Source: a bacterium (GTDB lineage Bacteria; RBG-13-61-14; DATKZS01). Taken from it: 64,000 nt of DNA. This document shows, piece by piece, positions 21,286 to 30,838 of this stretch. The notes under the pieces were generated by a model. That model saw only the letters and a program-made list of their open reading frames with translations, was not told the origin of the DNA and searched no databases. The translations under genes were made by a program, and so were the position numbers. The stretch covers positions 256,001 through 320,000 of the forward strand of contig CAXXFL010000006.1 of NCBI GenBank assembly GCA_963674965.2. Reading direction: 5' to 3'. Position 1 is the stretch's first letter, and the number at the start of each line of letters is the position of its first letter.

Positions 21286-22302
21286 TCAGCCTTTCGCTAT
21301 TACTCCGTTCGGGAAGTCCTCCCAAATCAAGTTTTCCTGTAAAGTGATGTAAATGATCTTCAAAAATTTGCGAGCCAGTGCGATGATGGCCTTGCCCGCG
21401 CCGCGCCTGGCCTTGATACGCTCGTAGAAGCTCGACAAATAAGGGCTGTAACGCTTGGCGATGAGGGCGCATTGGACCAGGGTAGTGCGGCCGAGTTTGT
21501 TGCCCCGCTTCGTGATCCGGCCCGAGCGGCTGGTCTCGTTCGAGTTGCTAACCCGGGGGACGATGCCGAAGTAGGAGGCCAGCTTGCCCTCGTCGGGGAA
21601 GTCCTTGACGTCAACGATCACCGACAAAAGTATGGCCGAGCCAAGGTCCCCGATACCCTTTATGCTCTTCAAATTCTTGTGACCGGGAAGCTGATTGCCC
21701 GAGTCCTTGATGGCGGCCTCAAGCTCCTTGACCCCGGCGTTCAAGCCCCGAATCTGCTCCACCAGGACGCGGACCTCGGTCTTGACCATGGGGTCGAAAG
21801 GTATCTCCTGCACCGTCTCAAGGCCCTTCTCGCTGGAAAGATATTCCTTCTTCAGGTTGATGCCGTGGGCCGAGCAGATGTTGTTGATCTTGTTCTTCAA
21901 GGCCGTGCGAAGCTTCACCAGCTTGTCCCGGCTTTGAGTGAGGCTTTTAACCTGAGCGTGTTCCTTGTTCGGCATCCTCACCTCCGGCAAAAGGCCCTTG
22001 GACAAAAACAGGGCAAGGCGTCTGGCGTCGTTGCCGTCCGTTTTGTTGACCGACTCGCTGATGACCTTGAACTGGCGAGGGTTGACAACCACGACGCGGG
22101 AAACGAGGCCGCGAACGGCGTCGTAAAAAAGGCGGACGTTGCCCGTGACCTCAACCGCGATCTCGTCGGACTCGCGAAGCGTCGAGCAAAACTTCTCCAA
22201 ATCCTCGAGACGCCAGTCCTTGAGATAGTTCCGTCCGTTCTCGGCCAGGACGCAAGAGGTGAAACAATTCCTGTGCAGATCGATTCCAATGTACCTTCCC
22301 AT
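21286..22302 (-). CDS. IS110-family recombinase/transposase
   Basis: YIGIDLH, AVEVTG, KTDGNDA (DEDD RuvC-like); IKGIG...YFGIVPRVSNS...ITKRGN C-terminal domain. Confidence 0.95.
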   Translation of the reverse strand: MGRYIGIDLHRNCFTSCVLAENGRNYLKDWRLEDLEKFCSTLRESDEIAVEVTGNVRLFYDAVRGLVSRVVVVNPRQFKVISESVNKTDGNDARRLALFLSKGLLPEVRMPNKEHAQVKSLTQSRDKLVKLRTALKNKINNICSAHGINLKKEYLSSEKGLETVQEIPFDPMVKTEVRVLVEQIRGLNAGVKELEAAIKDSGNQLPGHKNLKSIKGIGDLGSAILLSVIVDVKDFPDEGKLASYFGIVPRVSNSNETSRSGRITKRGNKLGRTTLVQCALIAKRYSPYLSSFYERIKARRGAGKAIIALARKFLKIIYITLQENLIWEDFPNGVIAKG

Positions 22303-22330
22303 TTCCTTACTCCTCCCTAGAAATAAATTT

Positions 22331-22492
22331 GATCTAAGGTCGGAGTAGACACGCTTTGAGGGGCCGCCAAACTCCTATACAAGGTCTAGCCTTACGGTGG
22401 CGCTCCAGTCGCGGGGCTGACTAATCTCCTTTACGAGGTCATAAGCCTCACGAAAACGATCCAGCCCACGACCCGCCTACTCCAATAGATCA
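22331..22492 (-). ncRNA. Candidate IS110 bridge/seek RNA, copy 1
   Basis: Outer stems GATCTA/TAGATC and TTGGAGTAGGC/GTCTACTCCGA enclose two arms with the same scaffold CGT-NAGG-loop-CCTN-GT, followed by AAAGGAGA (matches target) and ATAGGAG (matches donor junction). Confidence 0.7.
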
Positions 22493-22563
22493 TTCCTAAC
22501 CTAGTTGAAGTATTTACCACCTCAAAACTCTTCATTCATACCATCTCCTTTTTATGTCTGGGT

Positions 22564-22890
22564 TCATGCCTCAATGTTTTCCTCGGGTTCAGGCTCGGGC
22601 TTACGGACTCGCGTGGCGGCCGCGATATAAACCGCTGTCAGAATACTGAAAATGTAGGCCTGAACCATGCCGGTGAGCAGACCGAGCGCGGTCATGATGA
22701 TCGGAAAAATATAGGGCACAATTGTGAGTAGAATACCGATAATCATGGCGCCGCTCATCATGTTTCCGAACAGACGGATGGCCAGGGCCAGCGTGCGCGA
22801 AAGTTCGCTGATGATGTTAAACGGCAGCATGATGAACGTCGGCTTCACATAGGACTGGAGGTAGTCGCCCAAACGCATGTTTGGGTTCAA
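22564..22890 (-). pseudogene. atpB: N-type ATPase a subunit, C-terminal half only
   Basis: PFNIISELSRTLALAIRLFGNMMSG and VQAYIF; 5' half and upstream atpD/C/Q/R are absent. Confidence 0.88.
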
Positions 22891-24569
22891 TCATGTTTCT
22901 TCCTCAAGCCATTTCCCGGCGGCGCATCCTGCGCAAGAGCGTCGTCGACAATCGTCTGGGCTTCCGAAAGGATGCGGCGCAGATGATCCGCTCCCCGGAA
23001 GCTCTCTCCGTAAATCTTGTAGATGTTCTCGGTCCCGGACGGACGCGCCGCGAACCAGCCGTTATCGGACACCACCTTCAACCCGCCAATCGCCGCTCCG
23101 TTGCCGGGCGCGTTGGTGAGGACCGCCAGGATTTTTTCGCCCGCCAGATCGCTCTGCTTAACCTGCTGTGGTGAGAGTTTCGCCAACGTTTTCTTTTGCT
23201 CCGGAGTGGCTGGCGCCTCAACGCGGTCATAGGCTGGCTCACCGAACTCGCACGTGAGTTCGTGGTAGATTTCGCCGGGATCGCGGCCCATCCGGGCGGT
23301 AATCTCCGCAGCCAGCAAAGCCGGGATAATCCCATCTTTGTCCGTCGTCCAGACTCCGCCATCCAACCGCAGGAAGGACGCGCCCGCGCTCTCTTCGCCT
23401 CCAAAACCGAGCGAGCCGTCCAGCAAGCCATCCACAAACCACTTGAATCCGACCGGCGTCTCGTGGAGCTTCCGGCCCAACTTCGCGGTGACCCGATCAA
23501 TCATCTGGCTGCTCACCACCGTCTTGCCGACCGCCGCTTTCTGGGACCACTTCGGTCGGTGCTGGAAGAGGTAGAAAATGGTGGCGGCCAGGTAATGATT
23601 GGGCGGCATCAATCCCGCGCTGCGGGTGACGATTCCGTGACGGTCGGCGTCCGTATCGCAGGCAAAGGCGATCTCGAACCGGTCCTTCAGGCCAATTAAC
23701 CTCTGCATCGCATAGGGGGATGAAGGGTCCATGCGGATCTGACCATCCCAATCCACCGTCATGAAACGAAAGGTCGGGTCAACGGCCTCGTTGACGACTG
23801 TGAGGTTCAAACCGTAGCGCTCGGCAATCTGCCCCCAGTAATGGACCCCGGCGCCGCCGAGCGGATCAACCCCCAGGCTGATCTTCGCGCCGCGAATGGC
23901 GTCCATGTCCAGCACGTTCTCGAGATCGGCCACGTAGGCATTGAGATAGTCGTGACGGTGCGTCGTGCCCGCGCGGAGCGCTTTTTCCAGAGCCATACGT
24001 TTTACGCCCGCAAGCCCCTGCTCGATAAACTCGTTGGCCTTGGCCTCGATCCAACCAGTGACGGAGGAATCCGCCGGCCCGCCATGGGGCGGATTGTATT
24101 TGAACCCGCCGTCGGGTGGCGGATTGTGCGACGGGGTGATAACGATGCCGTCGGAGAGGCCGGTCTTGCGTCCACGGTTGTATGTGAGAATTGCGTGGGA
24201 AACGGCAGGGGTTGGGGTATATTCATCCCCCTCTGAGATCATGACTTCGACCCCGTTTGCCGCCAGCACCTCAAGCGCGCTGGCAAAAGCCGGCACGGAA
24301 AGGGCATGAGTGTCCAGGCCAAGGAACAACGGGCCGTCGATCTTTTTCTGCTCCCGGTACAGACAAATGGCCTGACTGATGGCGAGAATATGCCATTTAT
24401 TGAAAGCCTTGTCGAAGGCGGAACCGCGATGTCCCGAGGTGCCGAAGGCAACCCGTTGCGCCGGCGCTGAAGGGTCAGGCTCCTCCGTGTAATAGGCCGT
24501 GACGAGTCTGGGCACATCCACCAGCATTGATACTTCGGCCGGCTTTCCGGCAAAAGGACTTACAGTCAT
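22887..24569 (-). CDS. pgm: Phosphoglucomutase
   Basis: [35 protein letters not shown]. Confidence 0.97.
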   Translation of the reverse strand: MTVSPFAGKPAEVSMLVDVPRLVTAYYTEEPDPSAPAQRVAFGTSGHRGSAFDKAFNKWHILAISQAICLYREQKKIDGPLFLGLDTHALSVPAFASALEVLAANGVEVMISEGDEYTPTPAVSHAILTYNRGRKTGLSDGIVITPSHNPPPDGGFKYNPPHGGPADSSVTGWIEAKANEFIEQGLAGVKRMALEKALRAGTTHRHDYLNAYVADLENVLDMDAIRGAKISLGVDPLGGAGVHYWGQIAERYGLNLTVVNEAVDPTFRFMTVDWDGQIRMDPSSPYAMQRLIGLKDRFEIAFACDTDADRHGIVTRSAGLMPPNHYLAATIFYLFQHRPKWSQKAAVGKTVVSSQMIDRVTAKLGRKLHETPVGFKWFVDGLLDGSLGFGGEESAGASFLRLDGGVWTTDKDGIIPALLAAEITARMGRDPGEIYHELTCEFGEPAYDRVEAPATPEQKKTLAKLSPQQVKQSDLAGEKILAVLTNAPGNGAAIGGLKVVSDNGWFAARPSGTENIYKIYGESFRGADHLRRILSEAQTIVDDALAQDAPPGNGLRKKHD

Positions 24570-25702
24570 GACTCGTCCGCCAAATGTGGCGATGACCTTT
24601 GCGCCAAGGCTTCCATCAGCTTGTCGAACGGCTGGTTGAATTTCTTGACCCCTTCGTCCTCAAGCTGCTGCGTCACATGGTCGATATTGATGCCGAGTTC
24701 CGGCAGTCGTTCTAATATTCGGCGGGATTCCTCGACATCTTGCTCCAAGCGGGCCTTCGGGTCGCCGTGGTCGCGGTAAGCGTCGAGGGTTTTTACCGGG
24801 ACCGTGTTGACCGTGTCCGGTCCGATGAGGGCCTCGATGTATTTAACGTCGCTGTAGTCCGGATTTTTGGCGCCAGTGCTGGCCCAGAGAATCCGCTGTG
24901 TGCGAGCACCCTGGCCGGCAAGTTTTTTAAACCGGTCGCTCTCGAAGATTTCCTTGTAGATCTGATAGGCCATCTTCGCGCTGGCGATGGCAACCTGACC
25001 GCGCGCCTTCTTCGCTAGATCCGCCTCCTTGCCGCCTTGCGCGATAAGTTTGTCCAGCAGCGGATCCACCAGCACGTCAATGCGACTTACAAAGAAGCTG
25101 GCCACCGAGGCGACCTGCTTCACCAGCTTGCCTTGGACCACGCGCGCCTCGATGCCGGCGAGGAAAGCTTCCACCACTTGCAGATAACGTGGTAATCCAA
25201 AAAGCAACGTCACATTGACGTTGATACCTTCGCTGATAAGTTGCTGGATAACGGGCAGTCCATCGGCCGTCGCCGGGACTTTGATTAAGACATTGGGCCG
25301 GTTCAGCGCGGCCCACAACCGGCGGGCCTCCTTCATCGTACCTTCGGTGTCGTGCGCCAAGTGGGGATTGACCTCCAGGCTGACATATCCATCTTGGCCG
25401 TCAGTCCGGTCATAGAGAGGCTGAAACTCGTCGGCGGCGCTCTGCACGTCGCGCTGGCTGAGGGTTTCGTAGATTGCCTGAGCGCCTTTCCCCTTTGCCG
25501 CGATGGCCCGAATGTCCTCGTCGTATTCGTGGCTGTCCGCAATGGCCTTCTCGAAGATGGATGGATTCGAGGTCATCCCCCGCATTCCATCATCCTCGAT
25601 CAGACGCCTGAGCCCGCCGCCAGCGATCAAATCTCGTCGGATGTAGTCCAGCCAAATGGATTGGCCGAGCATTTCCACTTGTTTCAAAGGATTGCTCTTC
25701 AT
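24566..25702 (-). CDS. tal: Transaldolase
   Basis: [41 protein letters not shown] before ATG 25702. Confidence 0.96.
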   Translation of the reverse strand: MKSNPLKQVEMLGQSIWLDYIRRDLIAGGGLRRLIEDDGMRGMTSNPSIFEKAIADSHEYDEDIRAIAAKGKGAQAIYETLSQRDVQSAADEFQPLYDRTDGQDGYVSLEVNPHLAHDTEGTMKEARRLWAALNRPNVLIKVPATADGLPVIQQLISEGINVNVTLLFGLPRYLQVVEAFLAGIEARVVQGKLVKQVASVASFFVSRIDVLVDPLLDKLIAQGGKEADLAKKARGQVAIASAKMAYQIYKEIFESDRFKKLAGQGARTQRILWASTGAKNPDYSDVKYIEALIGPDTVNTVPVKTLDAYRDHGDPKARLEQDVEESRRILERLPELGINIDHVTQQLEDEGVKKFNQPFDKLMEALAQRSSPHLADES

Positions 25703-25743
25703 GCTCGTGCCTCCACGCTTTCTTTCAGATTGCGTTCCCGCGG

Positions 25744-26151
25744 TTAAGCGGGGTAACTGTGCTCTCTTTTCGTTTCCGGCGGGCCTGGCTCTCGGACCCA
25801 CTCCCAGGCTTCCTCTAGTTGCGGGGTGGAAAAGAACTTTACTTCTCCTTGAATGAAATGGGAGCTGAACCGGACCCCCCACTGAAACCACTCCGGCCCG
25901 CCCACCACCGCCATTTTTTCCAGGTGGAAGCCTCCCTCCACCAGGCCGAACTTGACGTCATCTATCATCGCCTTGACCTCAAAGCCCTCGAAGTCATCCT
26001 CCGCGACGAATATGACCCGGATCCGGCCGTGGCTATGGATCACCTCTTCCAGCCGGGGGGTCAGGACCTGCTCGTAATCCTTTCCGCTCAGTCGGCCGCT
26101 AGCTTTAATCCCTAGAATATTGCCTTTGCTTTCTTTTAGAATCTCAATCAT
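25744..26151 (-). CDS. SpoIIAA-like (STAS/SEC14) protein
   Basis: MIEIL...ASGRLSGKDYE...KMAVVG...VKFF...EAWEWV. Confidence 0.85.
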   Translation of the reverse strand: MIEILKESKGNILGIKASGRLSGKDYEQVLTPRLEEVIHSHGRIRVIFVAEDDFEGFEVKAMIDDVKFGLVEGGFHLEKMAVVGGPEWFQWGVRFSSHFIQGEVKFFSTPQLEEAWEWVREPGPPETKREHSYPA

Positions 26152-26296
26152 TGGTTGCCTCCATCTCACCCGCGCGGGGCGATCAATTCTCGGCCGGGGC
26201 CAGATTCACTCCGGCAATGATTTTGCGCCAAAAACTCCCTCATGAGTCTCCTTTAGGGACCCGGTTGGGTTGGCGCGGTCGCGGCCGAAATGCACA

Positions 26297-27736
26297 TCAC
26301 ATCAGCGGCGACAACAGCCGGGCGAAGCTGTCTTTCAGTTTTGCCAGGTAACCCCTGCGATCAAGGTCCTCTTCGGTCACCTCCTTGCTTACCGCCTGGT
26401 CGCGGTGGAAGCGAGCTTCCAATTCGCCCGCGAACACCGGGTCCAGTACCAGGCCCCCTAGTTCGAAGTTGAGTCGGAAGCTGCGGATGTCGAGATTGGC
26501 GCTTCCAACGATGCTCCATCGGTTATCGACCATCAATGTCTTGGCATGGAGCATGGAAGGCAAATACTCGAACACGCGCACGCCCCCGCGCGTCAGCGAT
26601 GGGAAATACGATCGCGCCGCCGCGCCCACCAAACGAATGTCACCCTTGCCAGGCACTAGTACACGTACGTCCACCCCTCGCATGGCCGCGCTGATCAGGG
26701 CCTTTAAAATGGCGTCATCCGGGATGAAATAGGGGCTGGTCAGATAAATCTTGCTCCGGGCCGAGGCAATGCCGGCGAAGAAGACAAAAGAGTTGGCGTT
26801 ATGTTCCTGATCGGGCCCGCTCGGTATCACCGCCACGATGGAAGCGTCATCCGCTTCGGGCAGCGGGTGGGGCGGCGGCGACAACTGCTCATCGGCAGCG
26901 AAAAACCAGTCCTCCGCAAAGGTCTGCGCCAGTTCGCCCACCGCCGGGCCACGCATCATCAGGTGGGTGTCGAGAAAGACCATGTCCCCTTTCCGCCGTG
27001 ACGATCCAGAGTATTCGTCGCCGACGTTCATACTGCCGGTGAAACCGATTTTGCCGTCCACGATGATAATTTTACGGTGGTTGCGCAGGTGCACGGACCA
27101 GCGCCGACGCAGGGGGTTGATAGGCAGGAAGGCTTCCACCTTGCCGCCCGCGGACTTGAGGGCCTTAAGCCGCGCCGCGTCCAGGCCCATCGAGCCCAGG
27201 GCGTCATAAAGAAGTCTGACCTCCACCCCCGATCCGGCCCGCTCGGTCAGGGCATCAAGAAAGCGATGGCCGGTCTCGTCGTTATTAATGATGTAATATT
27301 CCGCCCAGATGCTGTGTCGGGCGGACGAAACCGCGGCCATCATCTTTGCAACCGCATCCTTGTTGTCGGCCATCAGTTCGACCCGATTGCCGGCCGTTGG
27401 AGCCAGTCCGGTCAGACGGACCGCGAGTTGCAGCAGCGAGCCTTCCAGCGCATCCACGGAGAGCCCCGGCGCGGCATGCCCCTGCCGGCTAAGGGTCCTC
27501 CGCAATGTCATGGCCGAGATGCGCTTGCGTCGAGTGACGCGCCTGACCCCGGCCCTGGTGAGCAACAGGTAAGAAACGGCGCCCACCACCGGCAGGGCCA
27601 CGATGGCGAACATCCAGGCCAGGGTCGCCTCCACCCCGTGCCGCCGCGATACCGCGCGGAACAGGGCGTAGGCGGAGAGCGTGTAAACGCACACCCAGAA
27701 CAAAGTCATCTTGCTCATTGGCGGCCGAACGACCAA
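26297..27736 (-). CDS. cls: Cardiolipin synthase
   Basis: Two N-terminal TM helices and two HKD motifs (NHRKIIIVDG, LHAKTLMVD), NLDIRSFRLNFE. Confidence 0.93.
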   Translation of the reverse strand: MVVRPPMSKMTLFWVCVYTLSAYALFRAVSRRHGVEATLAWMFAIVALPVVGAVSYLLLTRAGVRRVTRRKRISAMTLRRTLSRQGHAAPGLSVDALEGSLLQLAVRLTGLAPTAGNRVELMADNKDAVAKMMAAVSSARHSIWAEYYIINNDETGHRFLDALTERAGSGVEVRLLYDALGSMGLDAARLKALKSAGGKVEAFLPINPLRRRWSVHLRNHRKIIIVDGKIGFTGSMNVGDEYSGSSRRKGDMVFLDTHLMMRGPAVGELAQTFAEDWFFAADEQLSPPPHPLPEADDASIVAVIPSGPDQEHNANSFVFFAGIASARSKIYLTSPYFIPDDAILKALISAAMRGVDVRVLVPGKGDIRLVGAAARSYFPSLTRGGVRVFEYLPSMLHAKTLMVDNRWSIVGSANLDIRSFRLNFELGGLVLDPVFAGELEARFHRDQAVSKEVTEEDLDRRGYLAKLKDSFARLLSPLM

Positions 27737-27739
27737 GGC

Positions 27740-28228
27740 TTACCCGATGTTTGAGTCATGCGATCTCCTGCGCCGGGTCAAAGGTTGGGAGCCTGATTTC
27801 TGTCTTGGTTTTGCCTTCGGGGAATTATCTTTAAACCACTTTCGAACCTTCGCCGTGATCTGACGGTCCGTCATCTTGTCAACGGTTTCAACGCCCACGA
27901 TGCGGTCGTCAAGATTGTTAGTTTCGAGACGTTTGCGCAGTTCGTCTTTTGCCTCGCCAGGACCGAATATCAGGATTGCCTCCGAATTGCTAATACTCGC
28001 GATTACGGCATCGTAGAAAATGTTGAGCTCTCCCTCAAATTTTCTCTGGCGGCTATCGTCCTCCGGCACTAGCTGTGATTCATAGGGACCCTCTAGAGGC
28101 GAATCACCGGAACGACGGAGTTGTTTTTCAACCTTCGAGAGGATCAGCCTCACCTCTTCCCCTTGATCCGTAAGCGCCACTATTCTGGCCTTCTTGTGGT
28201 CAATCCATAGACCCACTTTGGTTCTCAT
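27740..28228 (-). CDS. eRF1-like/host-attachment-type hypothetical protein
   Basis: GLWIDHKKA, ILIFGPGEAKDEL, VETVDKMTDRQI; its RBS is the insertion site of IS110 copy 2. Confidence 0.7.
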   Translation of the reverse strand: MRTKVGLWIDHKKARIVALTDQGEEVRLILSKVEKQLRRSGDSPLEGPYESQLVPEDDSRQRKFEGELNIFYDAVIASISNSEAILIFGPGEAKDELRKRLETNNLDDRIVGVETVDKMTDRQITAKVRKWFKDNSPKAKPRQKSGSQPLTRRRRSHDSNIG

Positions 28229-28289
28229 CAATCTCTCCTATGATGGTTGTCTACCCAACCTTTTAAATTAGCTGAATTATTTTACAAAC

Positions 28290-29306
28290 TCAGCCTTTCG
28301 CTATTACTCCGTTCGGGAAGTCCTCCCAAATCAAGTTTTCCTGTAAAGTGATGTAAATGATCTTCAAAAATTTGCGAGCCAGCGCGATGATGGCCTTGCC
28401 CGCGCCGCGCCTGGCCTTGATACGCTCGTAGAAGCTCGACAAATAAGGGCTGTAACGCTTGGCGATGAGGGCGCATTGGACCAGGGTAGTGCGGCCGAGT
28501 TTGTTGCCCCGCTTCGTGATCCGGCCCGAGCGGCTGGTCTCGTTCGAGTTGCTAACCCGGGGGACGATGCCGAAGTAGGAGGCCAGCTTGCCCTCGTCGG
28601 GGAAGTCCTTGACGTCAACGATCACCGACAAAAGTATGGCCGAGCCAAGGTCCCCGATACCCTTTATGCTCTTCAAATTCTTGTGACCGGGAAGCTGATT
28701 GCCCGAGTCCTTGATGGCGGCCTCAAGCTCCTTGACCCCGGCGTTCAAGCCCCGAATCTGCTCCACCAGGACGCGGACCTCGGTCTTGACCATGGGGTCG
28801 AAAGGTATCTCCTGCACCGTCTCAAGGCCCTTCTCGCTGGAAAGATATTCCTTCTTCAGGTTGATGCCGTGGGCCGAGCAGATGTTGTTGATCTTGTTCT
28901 TCAAGGCCGTGCGAAGCTTCACCAGCTTGTCCCGGCTTTGAGTGAGGCTTTTAACCTGAGCGTGTTCCTTGTTCGGCATCCTCACCTCCGGCAAAAGGCC
29001 CTTGGACAAAAACAGGGCAAGGCGTCTGGCGTCGTTGCCGTCCGTTTTGTTGACCGACTCGCTGATGACCTTGAACTGGCGAGGGTTGACAACCACGACG
29101 CGGGAAACGAGGCCGCGAACGGCGTCGTAAAAAAGGCGGACGTTGCCCGTGACCTCAACCGCGATCTCGTCGGACTCGCGAAGCGTCGAGCAAAACTTCT
29201 CCAAATCCTCGAGACGCCAGTCCTTGAGATAGTTCCGTCCGTTCTCGGCCAGGACGCAAGAGGTGAAACAATTCCTGTGCAGATCGATTCCAATGTACCT
29301 TCCCAT
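28290..29306 (-). CDS. IS110-family recombinase/transposase
   Basis: Protein identical to 21286-22302. Confidence 0.95.
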   Translation of the reverse strand: MGRYIGIDLHRNCFTSCVLAENGRNYLKDWRLEDLEKFCSTLRESDEIAVEVTGNVRLFYDAVRGLVSRVVVVNPRQFKVISESVNKTDGNDARRLALFLSKGLLPEVRMPNKEHAQVKSLTQSRDKLVKLRTALKNKINNICSAHGINLKKEYLSSEKGLETVQEIPFDPMVKTEVRVLVEQIRGLNAGVKELEAAIKDSGNQLPGHKNLKSIKGIGDLGSAILLSVIVDVKDFPDEGKLASYFGIVPRVSNSNETSRSGRITKRGNKLGRTTLVQCALIAKRYSPYLSSFYERIKARRGAGKAIIALARKFLKIIYITLQENLIWEDFPNGVIAKG

Positions 29307-29334
29307 TTCCTTACTCCTCCCTAGAAATAAATTT

Positions 29335-29496
29335 GATCTAAGGTCGGAGTAGACACGCTTTGAGGGGCCGCCAAACTCCTATACAAGGTCTAGCCTTACG
29401 GTGGCGCTCCAGTCGCGGGGCTGACTAATCTCCTTTACGAGGTCATAAGCCTCACGAAAACGATCCAGCCCACGACCCGCCTACTCCAATAGATCA
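29335..29496 (-). ncRNA. Candidate IS110 bridge/seek RNA, copy 2
   Basis: Same sequence as 22331-22492. Confidence 0.7.
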
Positions 29497-29642
29497 TTCC
29501 TAACCTAGTTGAAGTATTTACCACCTCAAAACTCTTCATTCATACCATCTCCTTTGTCTATTTGCTTATCCTCTGGCAGCGCCAACATTTCGCGTCGCGC
29601 CGGCCGCCAACGAACCGGCGTCATAAGTTCTGAAACTCAGGC

Positions 29643-30467
29643 TTACTCGATGGTCATCAGGTTTTTTACCGCCAGCACGCCGTTAATGTCGTTAGCGAGC
29701 AAGGTGGCCAGGGTCTTTTCGGCCTCGTTCTTGGCCGTGCCGGACAAGGTGACCACGCCCTTGAACGTTTTCACCTTGGTCTTGAGGGCGCTGGTGGAGC
29801 GATGGGACAGCAAGGCGTACTTGACCTGGGCGGTGATGGACGAGTCGTCAACGGTATACGCCGCGTAATTGATTGCGTTTTTGGCGGTTCTGGACGTGTC
29901 ATCAACGGCGTCCCCCACGTAATCTTTCGCGTCAATGTAGGTCGCTTTCCAGGAACCGTTCACGACCATCTCGTTCTTGACGCTTTTTACGCCATCGACG
30001 TCTTCGGCGTATGCAGTCGCCAATTCCTTTTTGGCCTGGTTGGAGGTGACGCCCTTCAGGGTAATGACGCCGTCTTTGGCGGAAACGTCGATTTTACTGT
30101 CGTTCACGCTTCTATGAACGGCGAGCGTAATTTCCACCTTCTCTTGGATCCACGCATCCGAGTTGGCGGTCGGGTCCTCATCCTTGATGGTCAGCCGGTT
30201 GTCCACTTTTTTGACCCCGGGCATGGCCGCTACGGTCGTTTCGGCCAATAGTTTGCGGGAGGATCCGGCGACGACCCCGGTCAAGGTGACCACCCCGTCC
30301 TTGCACACGATTTTAATGTCGTCGCCCCTGAGAAAGGTCTTGAAGATATACGAATCCTTGACGGACGACATGATTTGAGCATCCGTCACGGACGCGCGCA
30401 CCGGCGTGACCATCGTCATCAGAACGGCAATGGCCGCCATCAGAAACACGTTATGTTTTGCTTTCAT
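29643..30467 (-). CDS. BON-domain (OsmY-like) protein
   Basis: Same length (274 aa) and close paralogue of 9794-10618. Confidence 0.9.
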   Translation of the reverse strand: MKAKHNVFLMAAIAVLMTMVTPVRASVTDAQIMSSVKDSYIFKTFLRGDDIKIVCKDGVVTLTGVVAGSSRKLLAETTVAAMPGVKKVDNRLTIKDEDPTANSDAWIQEKVEITLAVHRSVNDSKIDVSAKDGVITLKGVTSNQAKKELATAYAEDVDGVKSVKNEMVVNGSWKATYIDAKDYVGDAVDDTSRTAKNAINYAAYTVDDSSITAQVKYALLSHRSTSALKTKVKTFKGVVTLSGTAKNEAEKTLATLLANDINGVLAVKNLMTIE

Positions 30468-30584
30468 GATACTTCCCCCTTTTCTTGTTGCGTTTGTTGC
30501 TTGGTCGTTTTGCGGTGAAAAACTTCAGTCCTATCACCGCCAGCATCGGGTAAAGCCGCATATCATCACGGAGACTCCCCGCTT

Positions 30585-30794
30585 TTACGCCGCCTCCATA
30601 TGATTATTTTTCCGAGGATTCTCCAGGAAAAATATCTCGCGACCGTCCTGGTTTATGATGTCGGCGAGCATGATGGCGACCAGGGCCTTTTTGGCCTGGT
30701 CCGAAAGCGGGAGTTCGGCCACTTCATCATAAAGAGCTTCCACCAGGTCTCCCAGAGAGCATTCGTCATTTCGATCCAGCCGTTCGTAATCCAT
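30585..30794 (-). CDS. Hypothetical protein
   Basis: GAGGAGG RBS before ATG 30794; paralogue of 12068-12280. Confidence 0.7.
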   Translation of the reverse strand: MDYERLDRNDECSLGDLVEALYDEVAELPLSDQAKKALVAIMLADIINQDGREIFFLENPRKNNHMEAA

Positions 30795-30838
30795 GGCTGT
30801 TACCTCCTCTTCTGGTAAGGGTGAAAAATTTCCATCCA

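Larger units (their letters stand above)
21231..22549 (-). mobile_element. IS110-family insertion sequence, copy 1
   Basis: Near-identical to 28235-29553 (one synonymous SNP noticed); CTCCT (AGGAG) core at both junctions; no long terminal inverted repeats; about 245-bp non-coding end 5' of the ORF. Confidence 0.93.
28235..29553 (-). mobile_element. IS110-family insertion sequence, copy 2
   Basis: Direct repeat of 21231-22549 at offset 7004; AGGAG core at both junctions. Confidence 0.93.

Noticed and set aside
21231-29553. Composite transposon formed by the two IS110 copies
   Set aside because: Each copy's own flanks rejoin into a sensible RBS and gene order (atpB-atpE for copy 1), which fits two independent insertions.
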